From assembly GCA_964487685.1 (NCBI GenBank), contig CAZASA010000001.1, positions 2,855 to 66,854 of the forward strand: 64,000 nucleotides of DNA, written 5' to 3'. Position numbers and translations under genes: made by a program. A model generated the notes under the pieces. The model had not been told where the DNA came from. It was given only the letters and a program-made list of their open reading frames with translations, and searched no databases. The stretch is from an uncultured Planctomycetales bacterium (GTDB lineage: Bacteria; Omnitrophota; Gorgyraeia; Zapsychrales; Fredricksoniimonadaceae). Positions 47,916 through 58,262 of this stretch are shown here, one piece after another. Numbering within the stretch: the stretch's first letter is position 1; every line of letters starts with the position of its first letter.

Positions 47916-48857
47916 ATGACCAAAGACCATTTACCGGCGGATTTCAAGACCAGATTCAATGAAATTCACCCTGAAAGCCCGGAAAGTATTTTTCAACCCA
48001 GGCAATTCCAGTACTTTCGTATTAACACGCTTAAGATCAGTGTTGATGAGGCCTATCGGGTGTTATCCGAGAGGAACATTGATTTTCAAAAATCTGATTT
48101 TTGTCCTTATGCTGTTAGTGTCACTAAAACAGCAGCCCAGGAACTTTTAAGATCAGACCTTGTCAACGACGGACGTTTGTATGCCCAAGGCTTGGAAAGC
48201 ATGTTACCGGTGATTATCCTGGACCCTCATCCAGACCAGCGTGTATTGGACCTGTGCGCGGCACCCGGGAGTAAAACTTCCCAGATAGCCATGCATATGA
48301 ACAATCAGGGATTTCTCAAAGCCAATGAACCTGTCCGCCAAAGGCTTTATAGGTTAAAGTCAGTACTGCAATTGACCGGTGCTAAAGCCCAAATATCATC
48401 AATGGATGGTCGCCGCTTAAAAGAACATGAAGCCCTTTATGATCGCATTTTAGTGGATGCCCCGTGCAGTTGTGAAGGCCGGTTTGATATAAGTCAGCCC
48501 AAAAGCTTTGCGTATTGGAGTGTACGCAAGGTCAAAGAAATGTCCCATAAACAAAAAGGCCTTTTACTTAATGCCAGCAGATTATTAGCCCCTGGCGGCA
48601 TCCTGGTTTATGCAACCTGCACCTATTCGCCGGAAGAAAATGAAGAAGTGATCGACTGGTTCTTGCGCAAAACCAACGGAAGTTTTGAACTTGGGCCGAT
48701 ACCCTTGAAGGAAATGGGGGTCAAAACCTACCCGACATTGACATCCTGGCATGAACGGACGTATGATACAAGGTTAAGTGCCGCGGTACGTATTTTGCCG
48801 GATGAGCGTATGGAAGGTTTTTTTATTGCTAAATTGATGAATGTCGTCTATAAATGA
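47916..48857 (+). CDS. RsmB/RsmF/NOP2-family RNA m5C methyltransferase
   Basis: DLCAAPGSKT, DAPCSCEG and YATCTYSPEENE motifs. Confidence 0.8.
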   Translation: MTKDHLPADFKTRFNEIHPESPESIFQPRQFQYFRINTLKISVDEAYRVLSERNIDFQKSDFCPYAVSVTKTAAQELLRSDLVNDGRLYAQGLESMLPVIILDPHPDQRVLDLCAAPGSKTSQIAMHMNNQGFLKANEPVRQRLYRLKSVLQLTGAKAQISSMDGRRLKEHEALYDRILVDAPCSCEGRFDISQPKSFAYWSVRKVKEMSHKQKGLLLNASRLLAPGGILVYATCTYSPEENEEVIDWFLRKTNGSFELGPIPLKEMGVKTYPTLTSWHERTYDTRLSAAVRILPDERMEGFFIAKLMNVVYK

Positions 48858-49692
48858 TTGTATGTATATAAGAACAATACTTATATTTTCTTTTATCTTA
48901 GCTTTTGGCCCCAGGGCTTGGGCTCAGGTCCCGCCTGTGGCGGGGCAGGCCGCCGCTTCGAAAGCAGCGGGACAAGCCGCCAAGCCGGATGAAATTACAC
49001 TGGAATTGAATGTCGTTCAAATCATCCTTAACGACGAGCATCGCGGTGGCGTTGATTGGGGGGCCATTGTTTCAGATTTCCATACAGTACCTTTGAAAAA
49101 AGAAAACGACCCCGTCTGGAACGATCAAAAGCACCGTTTGAGTTTCGGCACGGTTTCTGAAGATGATTATACCGTCCTTTTGGATGCGCTGGATATGGCA
49201 GGGGAAATGAGCCAGTTTCCCCATGATCCTGTTAAGGTCATTGCAGGGACGCCTGTCAGCATTAGTTTCCCTAAACAAGATATCCATGTAGAAATTGCTC
49301 TTACCCGTTTAAAATCAGGGGACCTTTCATTACGGGTTGAGCCTAAGATCGCTGTCGTAGCAACAGAAATATGGAACGGTGAGAAAATCCCTGCCTCAGT
49401 GACATTAGTAGCCGGGACCGATACCGCCATTACTAATGATATGACGATTATTATCGGCGGGCTGATGAAAGAAGAGGAGATCAGCCGCAAGCATAAATTC
49501 CCTTTGTTGGGGCAAATCCCTTCACTTGGCGATCTTCCTATGCTGGGGAATTTTCCGATGCTGGGCAAGATACCTATTGTCGGTCTGGTTTTTCGTCATA
49601 ATGGCCGACTGATGAAGAAAACTGAAATTGTCATATTTTTGACCGTACGTGCCAAGGCAGTTGAGGTGCCTGAGGAAGATAGTTCAACATGA
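48841..49692 (+). CDS. Minimal secretin-domain outer-membrane protein (no N0-N3 domains)
   Basis: Signal peptide (ILAFGPRAWAQ). The secretin C-domain starts at ITLELNVVQI...GGVDWG and ends at IIIGGLMKEEE...KFPLLGQIPSLGDLPMLGNFPMLGKIPIVGLVF...EIVIFLTVR. An alternative start is at 48862. Confidence 0.65.
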   Translation: MSSINDCMYIRTILIFSFILAFGPRAWAQVPPVAGQAAASKAAGQAAKPDEITLELNVVQIILNDEHRGGVDWGAIVSDFHTVPLKKENDPVWNDQKHRLSFGTVSEDDYTVLLDALDMAGEMSQFPHDPVKVIAGTPVSISFPKQDIHVEIALTRLKSGDLSLRVEPKIAVVATEIWNGEKIPASVTLVAGTDTAITNDMTIIIGGLMKEEEISRKHKFPLLGQIPSLGDLPMLGNFPMLGKIPIVGLVFRHNGRLMKKTEIVIFLTVRAKAVEVPEEDSST

Positions 49693-50723
49693 TATTCAGG
49701 ATATTGATCTATTTTTTAATGATCTTGGCCCTTCACGGCTGTGCTGGAAGGCCGGTGGTGCCTTCCAACCCCCCGGAGGGAATTCCGCTGGCGGACATTT
49801 GTCAGCGATACCATGTTGCCTGGCAGTGGGATGGTGTCACCCAAGTTGTCTTGATGGAATATAAGGGCAATATATCCAAGGCATTAGTGGGATCTTCGGT
49901 AGTCTTGATCGGCCAGCATCAAATAAATTTAAGCGCGCCCCTGCGCCGTGAGAGCAGCACGATCTATGTCCCGGAAGATTTTGAATCCAAGGTCCTGGCC
50001 CCGTTCGGAATACCTATCGTCGGTCTTTCACCGATCGGGTCTTCCGCACGCGTGCATACGATCGTCCTTGATGCAGGTCATGGCGGCAAGGACCGCGGCA
50101 CCATGTCCCCATACGGGGGAATGGATGAGAAAGAGATCGTCCTGGATGTGGCCAAACGTCTAAGACAACTTTTAGAGAATGCCGGGATCAAGGTCATCAT
50201 GACCCGTGACACGGATGATTTTATCTCCTTACCTGAGCGTACCATTATTGCTTCCCGCAGTAATGCGGACTTGTTTGTGAGTATCCATGTCAATTCCAAC
50301 CAGGACCATGCGGTAAGCGGGTTTCTGGTCTATTATCTCGATGCCATCACCAAAAGAGGTTTGAATGAAGAGCAGCGAAAGGCCAATGAACATATATTCC
50401 TGGAGTCTTTGAGCGCTCAAGATACTAACGCCTTGCTTGGCATTGTCGCCGATATGATGGATTCCAACAAGACCGCGGAGTCGCAAAGGCTGGCAAGGAC
50501 GATCGTCAGGGAAGCGCGAGAGGCCCCGGGGATCAAGGTACGCGGCGATGGCATGCGCCTTTGCAGGTTCTTTGTGGTGCGCAATACCTTGATACCAGCC
50601 GTACTTGTCGAGACTGGGTTTTTGTCCAACCGGCCGGAGCATAACAAATTGGTATCGTCGATATACCGTCAGAAATTAGCCGAGACCATTGCCCGGGGAA
50701 TCCTGGATTATGCCAATGAATGA
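49689..50723 (+). CDS. N-acetylmuramoyl-L-alanine amidase (Amidase_3, AmiC-like) lipoprotein
   Basis: Lipobox LALHGC. Catalytic domain IVLDAGHGGKDRG...VSIHVNS...VLVETGFLSN. Confidence 0.85.
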   Translation: MIFRILIYFLMILALHGCAGRPVVPSNPPEGIPLADICQRYHVAWQWDGVTQVVLMEYKGNISKALVGSSVVLIGQHQINLSAPLRRESSTIYVPEDFESKVLAPFGIPIVGLSPIGSSARVHTIVLDAGHGGKDRGTMSPYGGMDEKEIVLDVAKRLRQLLENAGIKVIMTRDTDDFISLPERTIIASRSNADLFVSIHVNSNQDHAVSGFLVYYLDAITKRGLNEEQRKANEHIFLESLSAQDTNALLGIVADMMDSNKTAESQRLARTIVREAREAPGIKVRGDGMRLCRFFVVRNTLIPAVLVETGFLSNRPEHNKLVSSIYRQKLAETIARGILDYANE

Positions 50724-51525
50724 TCGTTCCCAAGAGCCAATTGGTGTTTTTGATTCCGGTTTAGGCGGTTTGACGGTTGTCAAAGAGCTCATTCATCATC
50801 TGCCCAACGAACGGATCGTATATTTCGGTGACACGGCGCGTGTGCCCTACGGCACCAAATCCGCGGAAACGATCATCCGGTACTCACGGGAGATCGTGCG
50901 GGCTTTATTGAAATATAAGATCAAGCTGCTGGTCGTGGCGTGCAACACCGCTTCTTCGCTGGCATTGGATGTTTTGAAAAAAGAATTTAGATTGCCGATC
51001 TTAGGCGTGATCGAGCCGGGGGCCAGAAAAGCCGCTGCGATCACCCGCAATAAGAAGGTCGGCATCATCGCCACCTCATCGACGGTAAAAAGCGGCAAAT
51101 ATGCCAGGAAACTGGTCCAATGGGACAAAAATATCAAGGTCACCAGCCAGTCTTGCCCTTTATTTGTGCCTTTGGTCGAGGAAGGATGGTTCGATCATAC
51201 GGTGACCTATCAGGTGGCCCAACACTATTTGAAGGACATGAAAAAAAATAAGGTGGACACCTTAATATTAGGGTGCACGCATTATCCGCTGCTCAAAGAA
51301 GTCCTGCATAATGTCATGGGTCCCAAGGTCCAGTTGGTGGATTCAGCTCAGGAAGTGGCTTTGCAAGTCAAAGACCTTCTGGCCAAGGAAAGGTTATTAA
51401 GGACGCGTTTTAGGCCAGGCCAACATATGTTCATTGTCACGGATGAACCGAAACAGTTTCAGCGGATGGCCTCCAGGTTTTTAGGCGGGGGAGTTAAACA
51501 AGTAAGGAGATATACCTATGTTTGA
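50716..51525 (+). CDS. murI: Glutamate racemase
   Basis: IGVFDSGLGGLTV, VVACNTAS and LGCTHYP. Start is 50710 or 50716. Confidence 0.9.
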   Translation: MNDRSQEPIGVFDSGLGGLTVVKELIHHLPNERIVYFGDTARVPYGTKSAETIIRYSREIVRALLKYKIKLLVVACNTASSLALDVLKKEFRLPILGVIEPGARKAAAITRNKKVGIIATSSTVKSGKYARKLVQWDKNIKVTSQSCPLFVPLVEEGWFDHTVTYQVAQHYLKDMKKNKVDTLILGCTHYPLLKEVLHNVMGPKVQLVDSAQEVALQVKDLLAKERLLRTRFRPGQHMFIVTDEPKQFQRMASRFLGGGVKQVRRYTYV

Positions 51526-51880
51526 GGTCACGGTGCGTGATGCCTTTGCCTCTGCCCATCAGTTGCACGGCTACGACGGCCCATGCAAGGACATGCATGG
51601 GCATACCTGGAAGGTAGAAGTGACCGTTAGCGGCAACAATTTGGATGAGGTAGGGTTATTGGCAGATTTCAAAGTCCTAAAGAACAAACTTAAGGAAGTC
51701 CTATCGCCCCTGGACCATGTGGTGCTCAATGACCTTCCGGCTTTTAAAGGGGCCAATCCCACGACTGAAAATATAGCCCGATATCTTTATCATGCCCTGG
51801 GCGGCCAATGCGCGCCGTTGATGGTCAAGCAAGTGCAGGTCTGGGAATCTGAAACAGCGAGTGTCATTTATTATGAATAA
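51518..51880 (+). CDS. queD: 6-carboxy-5,6,7,8-tetrahydropterin synthase
   Basis: 120 aa. FASAHQLHGYDGPCKDMHGHTW. Confidence 0.9.
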   Translation: MFEVTVRDAFASAHQLHGYDGPCKDMHGHTWKVEVTVSGNNLDEVGLLADFKVLKNKLKEVLSPLDHVVLNDLPAFKGANPTTENIARYLYHALGGQCAPLMVKQVQVWESETASVIYYE

Positions 51881-52544
51881 GAAAGCCGTGATCCTTCTTT
51901 CCGGAGGATTGGATTCCTCGACAACACTTTATTATGCAGCTGCTCAAGGGTATGAATGCCATTGTTTGGTATTCGATTATGGCCAGAAACATAAGAAAGA
52001 GATCATCCAGGCCAGGGCTGTCGCCCGCAAGGCCGGCTGCCAGATCTATAGCGTCAAGATCTCCTTACCCTGGAAAGGCTCAGCCCTTTTAGATAACAAG
52101 ATTGGCATCCCACGAAACAGGTCATTGAAGACACTAGGGATCCCGGTCACCTATGTTCCAGGACGGAATATCATTTTTTTGAGCTTTGCGGCATCATTCG
52201 CCGAGGCTATCGGTGCCAAGACGATCTTTATTGGCGCCAATGCCGTGGATTATTCCGGCTATCCTGACTGCCGGCCTGAATTTATCCGGTCCTATCAAGC
52301 CATGCTGGCACAGGGCCTTAAGACTTCCGTCGAAGGCAAGAAGATCAAGGTAATGACCCCGCTGATCCATTTGAGTAAGGCCAAGATCGTGGCATTGGCG
52401 GTCAAATTAAAAGTGCCCTTGCATTTGACCTGGTCGTGTTATAACGGGCAATCAAAGCCTTGCGGCGTTTGTGATAGCTGCCGCCTGAGGGCACAAGGTT
52501 TTGCCCAAGCTAAAATCAAGGACTTGGCCATCGATGAAAGCTAA
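51873..52544 (+). CDS. queC: 7-cyano-7-deazaguanine synthase
   Basis: AVILLSGGLDSST. C-terminal CYNG...CGVCDSC zinc motif. Confidence 0.9.
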   Translation: MNKKAVILLSGGLDSSTTLYYAAAQGYECHCLVFDYGQKHKKEIIQARAVARKAGCQIYSVKISLPWKGSALLDNKIGIPRNRSLKTLGIPVTYVPGRNIIFLSFAASFAEAIGAKTIFIGANAVDYSGYPDCRPEFIRSYQAMLAQGLKTSVEGKKIKVMTPLIHLSKAKIVALAVKLKVPLHLTWSCYNGQSKPCGVCDSCRLRAQGFAQAKIKDLAIDES

Positions 52545-53223
52545 AATTTTAGAAATATTCCCCTCCATCCAGGGCGAGGGCAAGTATGTCGGTGCGCCTC
52601 AGGTCTTTGTCCGATTTTTTGAGTGCAATATGCATTGTGTCTGGTGTGATACGCCGGCTTCCATTGGTGACGGCAAGCGCGTCTACCAGGAGCTTGGCCT
52701 GAAGGAAGTCCTGGCCCAAGTCAATGAATTGTATGGCAATGCGCATTCTGTCAGTATTACCGGCGGAGAACCGTTATTGCAGAAGGATTTCTTGAAAAGT
52801 TTTTGCCATTCTCTGCGACGGGAAGGCAAGAAGGTCTATCTAGACACCAATGGCACCTTGCCGTTGGCTTTAAAAGAATTGATCAAGGACATTGATATAA
52901 TCGCCATGGACATCAAATTGCCTTCGTCCACCCGGCAAAAAGCATTTTGGCTGGAACATCAGCAATTTTTAAAGATCGCTTTGCGTAAGGAAGTTTTTGT
53001 CAAAGTGGTAATCTCCCTTAACACGCATTTGGGGGAGGTCCTTAAAGCGGCCAAATTGGTGGCGGACATTGATCCTGCTGTCCCCTTTATCCTCCAGCCT
53101 AATTATCTGGATATGAAAAAGGGGATCATCGAGGAATGTTTGCGTTATCAAAAATCATGTGCAAAAATCCTTAAAGACGTTAGAATACTGCCTCAAGTCC
53201 ACAAGTTTATGAAGTTGCGCTGA
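52534..53223 (+). CDS. queE: 7-carboxy-7-deazaguanine synthase (radical SAM)
   Basis: IFPSIQGEGKYVG and CNMHCVWCDT (CxxxCxxC). Confidence 0.85.
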   Translation: MKAKILEIFPSIQGEGKYVGAPQVFVRFFECNMHCVWCDTPASIGDGKRVYQELGLKEVLAQVNELYGNAHSVSITGGEPLLQKDFLKSFCHSLRREGKKVYLDTNGTLPLALKELIKDIDIIAMDIKLPSSTRQKAFWLEHQQFLKIALRKEVFVKVVISLNTHLGEVLKAAKLVADIDPAVPFILQPNYLDMKKGIIEECLRYQKSCAKILKDVRILPQVHKFMKLR

Positions 53224-53230
53224 AAAAAAT

Positions 53231-53635
53231 ATGAAAAAAACAAGCACCTACGAAGGCCGTCAAAAAAATATCCGCTCCCTTAAGATGCCGGATATCGAAG
53301 TGTGGGAAAATCAATATTCCGATCGCAATTACGTCGTGGATTTGACTATCCCTGAATTCACCTGCATCTGTCCCAAAACAGCATTGCCGGATTTTGCCTT
53401 GATCAAGGTCAGCTACACGCCAGCCAAGCGGTGCCTGGAATTAAAATCGTTAAAATTGTATCTCGTGGAATACCGGAATGTCGGTATTTTTCATGAGCAT
53501 CTTGTTAATAAATTATTGGATGACCTGGTCAAAGCCTGCCATCCCCGCTGGATGCGCATTGAGGTGACGATGAACCCGCGCGGCGGCATTGGTACAATTG
53601 TTACAGTGGAATATCCAAGGAAAAGGAAATCATGA
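53231..53635 (+). CDS. queF: NADPH-dependent 7-cyano-7-deazaguanine reductase (unimodular type)
   Basis: [15 protein letters not shown] and ELKSLKLYL (QueF motif). Confidence 0.85.
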   Translation: MKKTSTYEGRQKNIRSLKMPDIEVWENQYSDRNYVVDLTIPEFTCICPKTALPDFALIKVSYTPAKRCLELKSLKLYLVEYRNVGIFHEHLVNKLLDDLVKACHPRWMRIEVTMNPRGGIGTIVTVEYPRKRKS

Positions 53636-54354
53636 AAAGACCGGACGGACGTAGACCTGACCAATTGCGCAAGATCAGGGTCACCAAGAATTATATGAAG
53701 AATGCGGAAGGTTCCTGTTTGATCGAATTTGGTGAAACCAAGGTTATTTGTACCGCATCAGTGGAAGAGGGTGTGCCGCCATTCCTTAAAGGTTCCGGCA
53801 AAGGTTGGGTGACCGCGGAATACGGGATGCTGCCGCGTTCCTGCACCAGCCGTATCCGGCGTGAGAAGACCTCCGGACGTACCGAGGAGATCCAGCGTTT
53901 GGTGGGGCGCAGTTTGCGTTCTGTCGTTAACATGGATAAATTGGGCGAACGCACCATCCGCATTGATTGCGATGTGCTTCAAGGTGATGGGGGGACACGG
54001 ACAGCTTCCATTACCGGCGGCTTCATTGCCCTGGCCGATGCTATACTTTGGATGAACCAACAAAAGATGATCGATGAAGTCCCGATCAAGGATTTCGTTG
54101 CTGCTATCAGCGTTGGTATTTATCAAGGCGTTAATGTCCTGGACTTGAATTATATTGAGGACTCAAAAGCTGATGTGGACATGAATGTGGTGATGATAGG
54201 CGCTGGTCAATTTGTCGAGGTACAGGGCACCGGTGAAGGCGGCACTTTTTCTGAGGCCCAAATGAAGGGTTTGCTGGGGCTGGCCCGCCGCGGTATAAAA
54301 GAACTTTTAAACATCCAAAAAAAGAACCTGCCTAAGTTAAGGATCAAGCCGTGA
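53632..54354 (+). CDS. rph: Ribonuclease PH
   Basis: [20 protein letters not shown] and [14 protein letters not shown]. Confidence 0.9.
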   Translation: MKRPDGRRPDQLRKIRVTKNYMKNAEGSCLIEFGETKVICTASVEEGVPPFLKGSGKGWVTAEYGMLPRSCTSRIRREKTSGRTEEIQRLVGRSLRSVVNMDKLGERTIRIDCDVLQGDGGTRTASITGGFIALADAILWMNQQKMIDEVPIKDFVAAISVGIYQGVNVLDLNYIEDSKADVDMNVVMIGAGQFVEVQGTGEGGTFSEAQMKGLLGLARRGIKELLNIQKKNLPKLRIKP

Positions 54355-54947
54355 AGGAGTTGATCGTTGCTTCCCGCAATAAGGGCAAGGTCAAAGAGAT
54401 CATTGCCTTATTGGAAGGCCTGCCTTTCAAGGTCACCTCACTTTTAGAGCATCCTCATATTCCTGATATTATTGAAGACGGAAAAACATATCGTGCCAAT
54501 GCCTTGAAAAAAGCTATGGCCGTTGCCTTGGCAACGGGTAAGATGACCATGTCCGATGATTCAGGCATTGAAGTCAAATACCTTAACAATGCCCCAGGCA
54601 TTTATTCTGCCCGTTTTGCCGGCGAAGGGGCCAGCGAGAAAGCCCGGAACAAGAAACTATTCGCGATGCTCAAAGGGGTGCCAATGCACAAGCGCCAGGC
54701 ACGTTACCGTTGTGTCATCGCCCTGGTCAATGGCAAGGGGCAAGAATTAGGGGTGGTCCAGGGCACTTGCAGCGGTTATGTCACGACCAAGGACTTGGGC
54801 GAAAATGGGTTTGGTTTTGATCCGCTCTTCCTTCTTAAGCGCTATAATAAGACTTTTGGCCAATTACCGTCTGAATTGAAGGCCAAGATCTCCCATCGGG
54901 CCCGTGCCCTGAAGAAATTCCGCAAACTGTTAGACCGTATTATTTAA
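54351..54947 (+). CDS. rdgB: Non-canonical purine NTP pyrophosphatase (dITP/XTP)
   Basis: GTG start overlapping the rph stop. [18 protein letters not shown] and ISHRARAL. Confidence 0.85.
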   Translation: MKELIVASRNKGKVKEIIALLEGLPFKVTSLLEHPHIPDIIEDGKTYRANALKKAMAVALATGKMTMSDDSGIEVKYLNNAPGIYSARFAGEGASEKARNKKLFAMLKGVPMHKRQARYRCVIALVNGKGQELGVVQGTCSGYVTTKDLGENGFGFDPLFLLKRYNKTFGQLPSELKAKISHRARALKKFRKLLDRII

Positions 54948-54959
54948 TGCCGGGTTTGA

Positions 54960-57900
54960 TCATTCCAAGAGATTCTTAAACAGGGTGTTGATGACCTGAG
55001 GGACGGATATTTTCCGTTTAAATTTGGGATCTGAGATCTTATCGTAAATGCGGATGTTTAAGGAGCTGAGCACATCATGGGCAACTTCCGGGACAACGCC
55101 GGAGCTTAGGTCCACGGACATGTTCAGATCGCAGACCTGGTCAAAATTGACCCACCCTTTTCCTAAGAGCACGATGGTGGGGCCTTTGAGCCTTAAATTA
55201 TCAGTCATGATCTTTTGGTTCTCGATCCTAAAATTACTTTCCACATCGGTGATCTGCACCTGCCCCAGGCGCAGGGCATCATTAAGGACGCTCAATAAAC
55301 CTTTGAACAGGTTGAATTCCGCTAAAAATCCGTCCCGGATCGCCAGAGAACCGGAAGCGTGCAGATTATTCTTAAAATCAGCGATGGTTCCATGGGCCAA
55401 GGTCGTCAGAAAGAATTTCCCGTCGATCTCTTCCATTTTAAGGGGGGAATCCATTTTTAATTGGTGCATATCGGTATTTTCAATGTTAAAGGCCACATCA
55501 TAGGGCATGCCCTTGGCCGACAGGTCAAGGGAACCCACGGCATGCATGATGCCGTCGTAAAATTTCCCGTCAAGGCTAAAACTTTTGACCCTGCCCTCAT
55601 CCTGATGGATACGGATTATCATATCTGTCAGTTTATAACCCTTAATAGCCACGATCGGGCTGGTCAGCTGGGCATTTAATCGATAATTTTTCCAATCCAG
55701 GGCAGTGCCTTTAAGATCAGCAGACAAACTCAGGATCCCGGTGGGAGCCAAATATTGAAAACTAGCCTTTTGTTGGGAGGGGAGGGCCTTTATTAAATCT
55801 TCTAAAAGCATCGAAATCTTGCTGTTGATAATAAACACAGGTCCTATATCCGGTATCAAGGTGATGGTCCCGGTACTGTTAAAGGCTGCGTTTAAATAAG
55901 TGCCTGTTAATGCATTGATCGTGATCAGGTCATGGTCTTTGACAAGATCAGCTTTAAGCTGCAGGTGGGGCCCCATTAGGGTGGTCATTATCTTGGGATT
56001 TTTAAAATTATGTAAATTCCCGGATAAAGAGTAATTTTTGCCTTGGTAGTCAGCAGTAAAGTCATGCCATTTGAGCGAATCAGGAGTGGCTTCAATAATG
56101 CCGCTGATATTCCTGACCCTTTGATGGAGTTTGCTGCTGGCAACATTCATTGCTTTGACAGAAGCGACAGCCAGGATTTGACCTGCAAGAGGGTCAGAAG
56201 CCAACCCTTCAAATTTGACCTTGACGGAACTTGACCCATCGATGCTTAGGCCGTATTGACGGACTAATTGAGGAGCAAAGTCCTTGATCTTAGAAAGGTC
56301 CAACTCATCGGCCTCTACGACGATATTCAGAAGGGGGGCCTTGAAATTCTTCACGGTACCGTTGATACGCACAGCAGTATCAAGAACGTCGGCGGACAGG
56401 GCGTTAATGGTGGCTTCGTCATTTTGGAAATCAGCATCTAATTCGACATTATCAAGGGAGTGGAAAGGAGCAAACCCCCTGATCTGGCCATTGGAAAGGG
56501 TAATGGACCCTTTATAGGTCAACTTGGAAGGGTCATCTAAAGGCAATTGCAGGCTCAATTCCAACTGCGGGTCAGCTTCGATGGCCTTATCATCATTTAA
56601 AACAAGTTTTGTCTTTAAGAAATCAAAGATACCGGATACTTTGATGACATTCTCGTCCAAGTTGAAGGACAATTTATTCGCCTTGGCCGACGTAGCGATC
56701 AGGTCGTTTTTACCAAGATGCATGGAGGCCTCCTCAAGAGACAGCTTGGTTTCCAAGGAGACGTTTTTTTGGTCAACGATGTTCAATTGGATATTTTCCA
56801 GAAGGATATGTTGACTGTTGAATTTATTGTCTTTGAGACTGGTAGTAAAATTATCAGCCTGAAGTTCCCCTTGAAGCCAGATATTATTATCATCTTTCAT
56901 TTGCATGCGCACTGATCTAAGTGAGATGTCCCCCTGGAGTTTTTGATCAGGCCATTGAACAAAAAGCCCCTTGGTCATAATATTACCGATGGACTGGACG
57001 CCTGTTTTGTCCTTCGTTATCCTTATATTATCCAGGGCGATCTCGTCAAGCTGGACCTGACGGTCGTCTTGCCGTACAAAAATATTTTGCGCATGAAGGG
57101 ACCCATTGAAGGCGACCCCGTCCTTGGTCAATTCAAAATCATTCACCCCCGCCTGGACACTACCGCCGGCAGAAAGCCCTGGGACCCTGGTCTGGACATG
57201 GCTTAAATCCATTTGGCCGCGGGCTATGATGTTCCCATTTAGATATTGTGCGTCCAAACCATGGATATCGATATTGCCTTTAAAATTTTGGCCTTGACTG
57301 GTGATATTCAGGTCCTGCATGAGCACATTTCCCTGAGCAGTGGTTTTATCTTGAGCGTAAGTTATGTTCAGGTCGATCGCTGTAATAACTCCGCTTTCCA
57401 TATGAACATCGGGAATATTGATCAAGGACAGATAGGAGGCGGTATCAATATTCTTCAGATGGATCTGAGCCTGAGTATTCTTGGTGAAAGGCTGATAATA
57501 AACCGTGGCTCCCACAAAACCTTTTTTCCGGGGTATGTCCGCGGTAAAATCATAGCTGATCCATTTATAGGAAAGTGACAGTTTTAGGTTGATATTATCA
57601 AAGTATTCGCTCCATAGCTGCGGGCTGGACGCATCATCCACCAGCAGCTTCCCATCACTAATAGAGATCCCTCCCCAGGCAACCACTACGGAAGGAGAGC
57701 CGGGGGATTGGCCAAGGACCGGTGTAGAGGCAGCAGATGTGCCAGCCGCTGATGAGGGCAATATATCGCTGAAATTCCAGGTATCTTGGGACGTGCGTAT
57801 CAAATGCACCGAGGGGGAACGTACATTGATATAAGGGATAGTGATCCTATATTGTTTAATGCCCGGGAAAATAATAATGCCGAAAGACACTTGTTGGGCC

Positions 57901-58142
57901 TGGGCGAAGACAGTACTATCGGGGCCATTGTCATAGACCTTGATCTTATCAATGATAAATCCCCGGACCCAGTTAAAGTGGATAGAGCCTATCTCTACTT
58001 TACGCTTAAGGATCTCTTCAATACGCTCAACGGCTATCTTTTTGATCAACCGGGGGAATATGACGCGGTTTATGTAAGAAGTCAGGGCCGAAATAAAAAA
58101 TATGACGCTAAAGGCGATAATTAATACTTTCTTATACTTCAT
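54960..58142 (-). CDS. AsmA/TamB-like giant envelope protein (N-terminal anchor plus long beta-rich periplasmic region)
   Basis: 1060 aa. A single N-terminal TM segment (VLIIAFSVIFFISALTS) is followed by a repetitive beta-strand-like sequence. Confidence 0.55.
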   Translation of the reverse strand: MKYKKVLIIAFSVIFFISALTSYINRVIFPRLIKKIAVERIEEILKRKVEIGSIHFNWVRGFIIDKIKVYDNGPDSTVFAQAQQVSFGIIIFPGIKQYRITIPYINVRSPSVHLIRTSQDTWNFSDILPSSAAGTSAASTPVLGQSPGSPSVVVAWGGISISDGKLLVDDASSPQLWSEYFDNINLKLSLSYKWISYDFTADIPRKKGFVGATVYYQPFTKNTQAQIHLKNIDTASYLSLINIPDVHMESGVITAIDLNITYAQDKTTAQGNVLMQDLNITSQGQNFKGNIDIHGLDAQYLNGNIIARGQMDLSHVQTRVPGLSAGGSVQAGVNDFELTKDGVAFNGSLHAQNIFVRQDDRQVQLDEIALDNIRITKDKTGVQSIGNIMTKGLFVQWPDQKLQGDISLRSVRMQMKDDNNIWLQGELQADNFTTSLKDNKFNSQHILLENIQLNIVDQKNVSLETKLSLEEASMHLGKNDLIATSAKANKLSFNLDENVIKVSGIFDFLKTKLVLNDDKAIEADPQLELSLQLPLDDPSKLTYKGSITLSNGQIRGFAPFHSLDNVELDADFQNDEATINALSADVLDTAVRINGTVKNFKAPLLNIVVEADELDLSKIKDFAPQLVRQYGLSIDGSSSVKVKFEGLASDPLAGQILAVASVKAMNVASSKLHQRVRNISGIIEATPDSLKWHDFTADYQGKNYSLSGNLHNFKNPKIMTTLMGPHLQLKADLVKDHDLITINALTGTYLNAAFNSTGTITLIPDIGPVFIINSKISMLLEDLIKALPSQQKASFQYLAPTGILSLSADLKGTALDWKNYRLNAQLTSPIVAIKGYKLTDMIIRIHQDEGRVKSFSLDGKFYDGIMHAVGSLDLSAKGMPYDVAFNIENTDMHQLKMDSPLKMEEIDGKFFLTTLAHGTIADFKNNLHASGSLAIRDGFLAEFNLFKGLLSVLNDALRLGQVQITDVESNFRIENQKIMTDNLRLKGPTIVLLGKGWVNFDQVCDLNMSVDLSSGVVPEVAHDVLSSLNIRIYDKISDPKFKRKISVPQVINTLFKNLLE

Positions 58143-58170
58143 ATAGATGTATATTATACACGGGTTATTT

Positions 58171-58199
58171 TTGATTTCAATGGTAAGGCATGTTATACT
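58171..58199 (+). promoter_or_regulatory. Candidate sigma-70-type promoter for the YfhO-like/TPR pair
   Basis: TTGATT (58171-58176), 17-nt spacer, TATACT (58194-58199). AGGAG at 58251-58255 lies 7 nt before the TTG start at 58263. Confidence 0.45.
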
Positions 58200-58262
58200 G
58201 AAATTTTCTTCACATAATTTTGATCAGCGACGATAAATGTCCTAACAATAAGGAGAAAAAGT

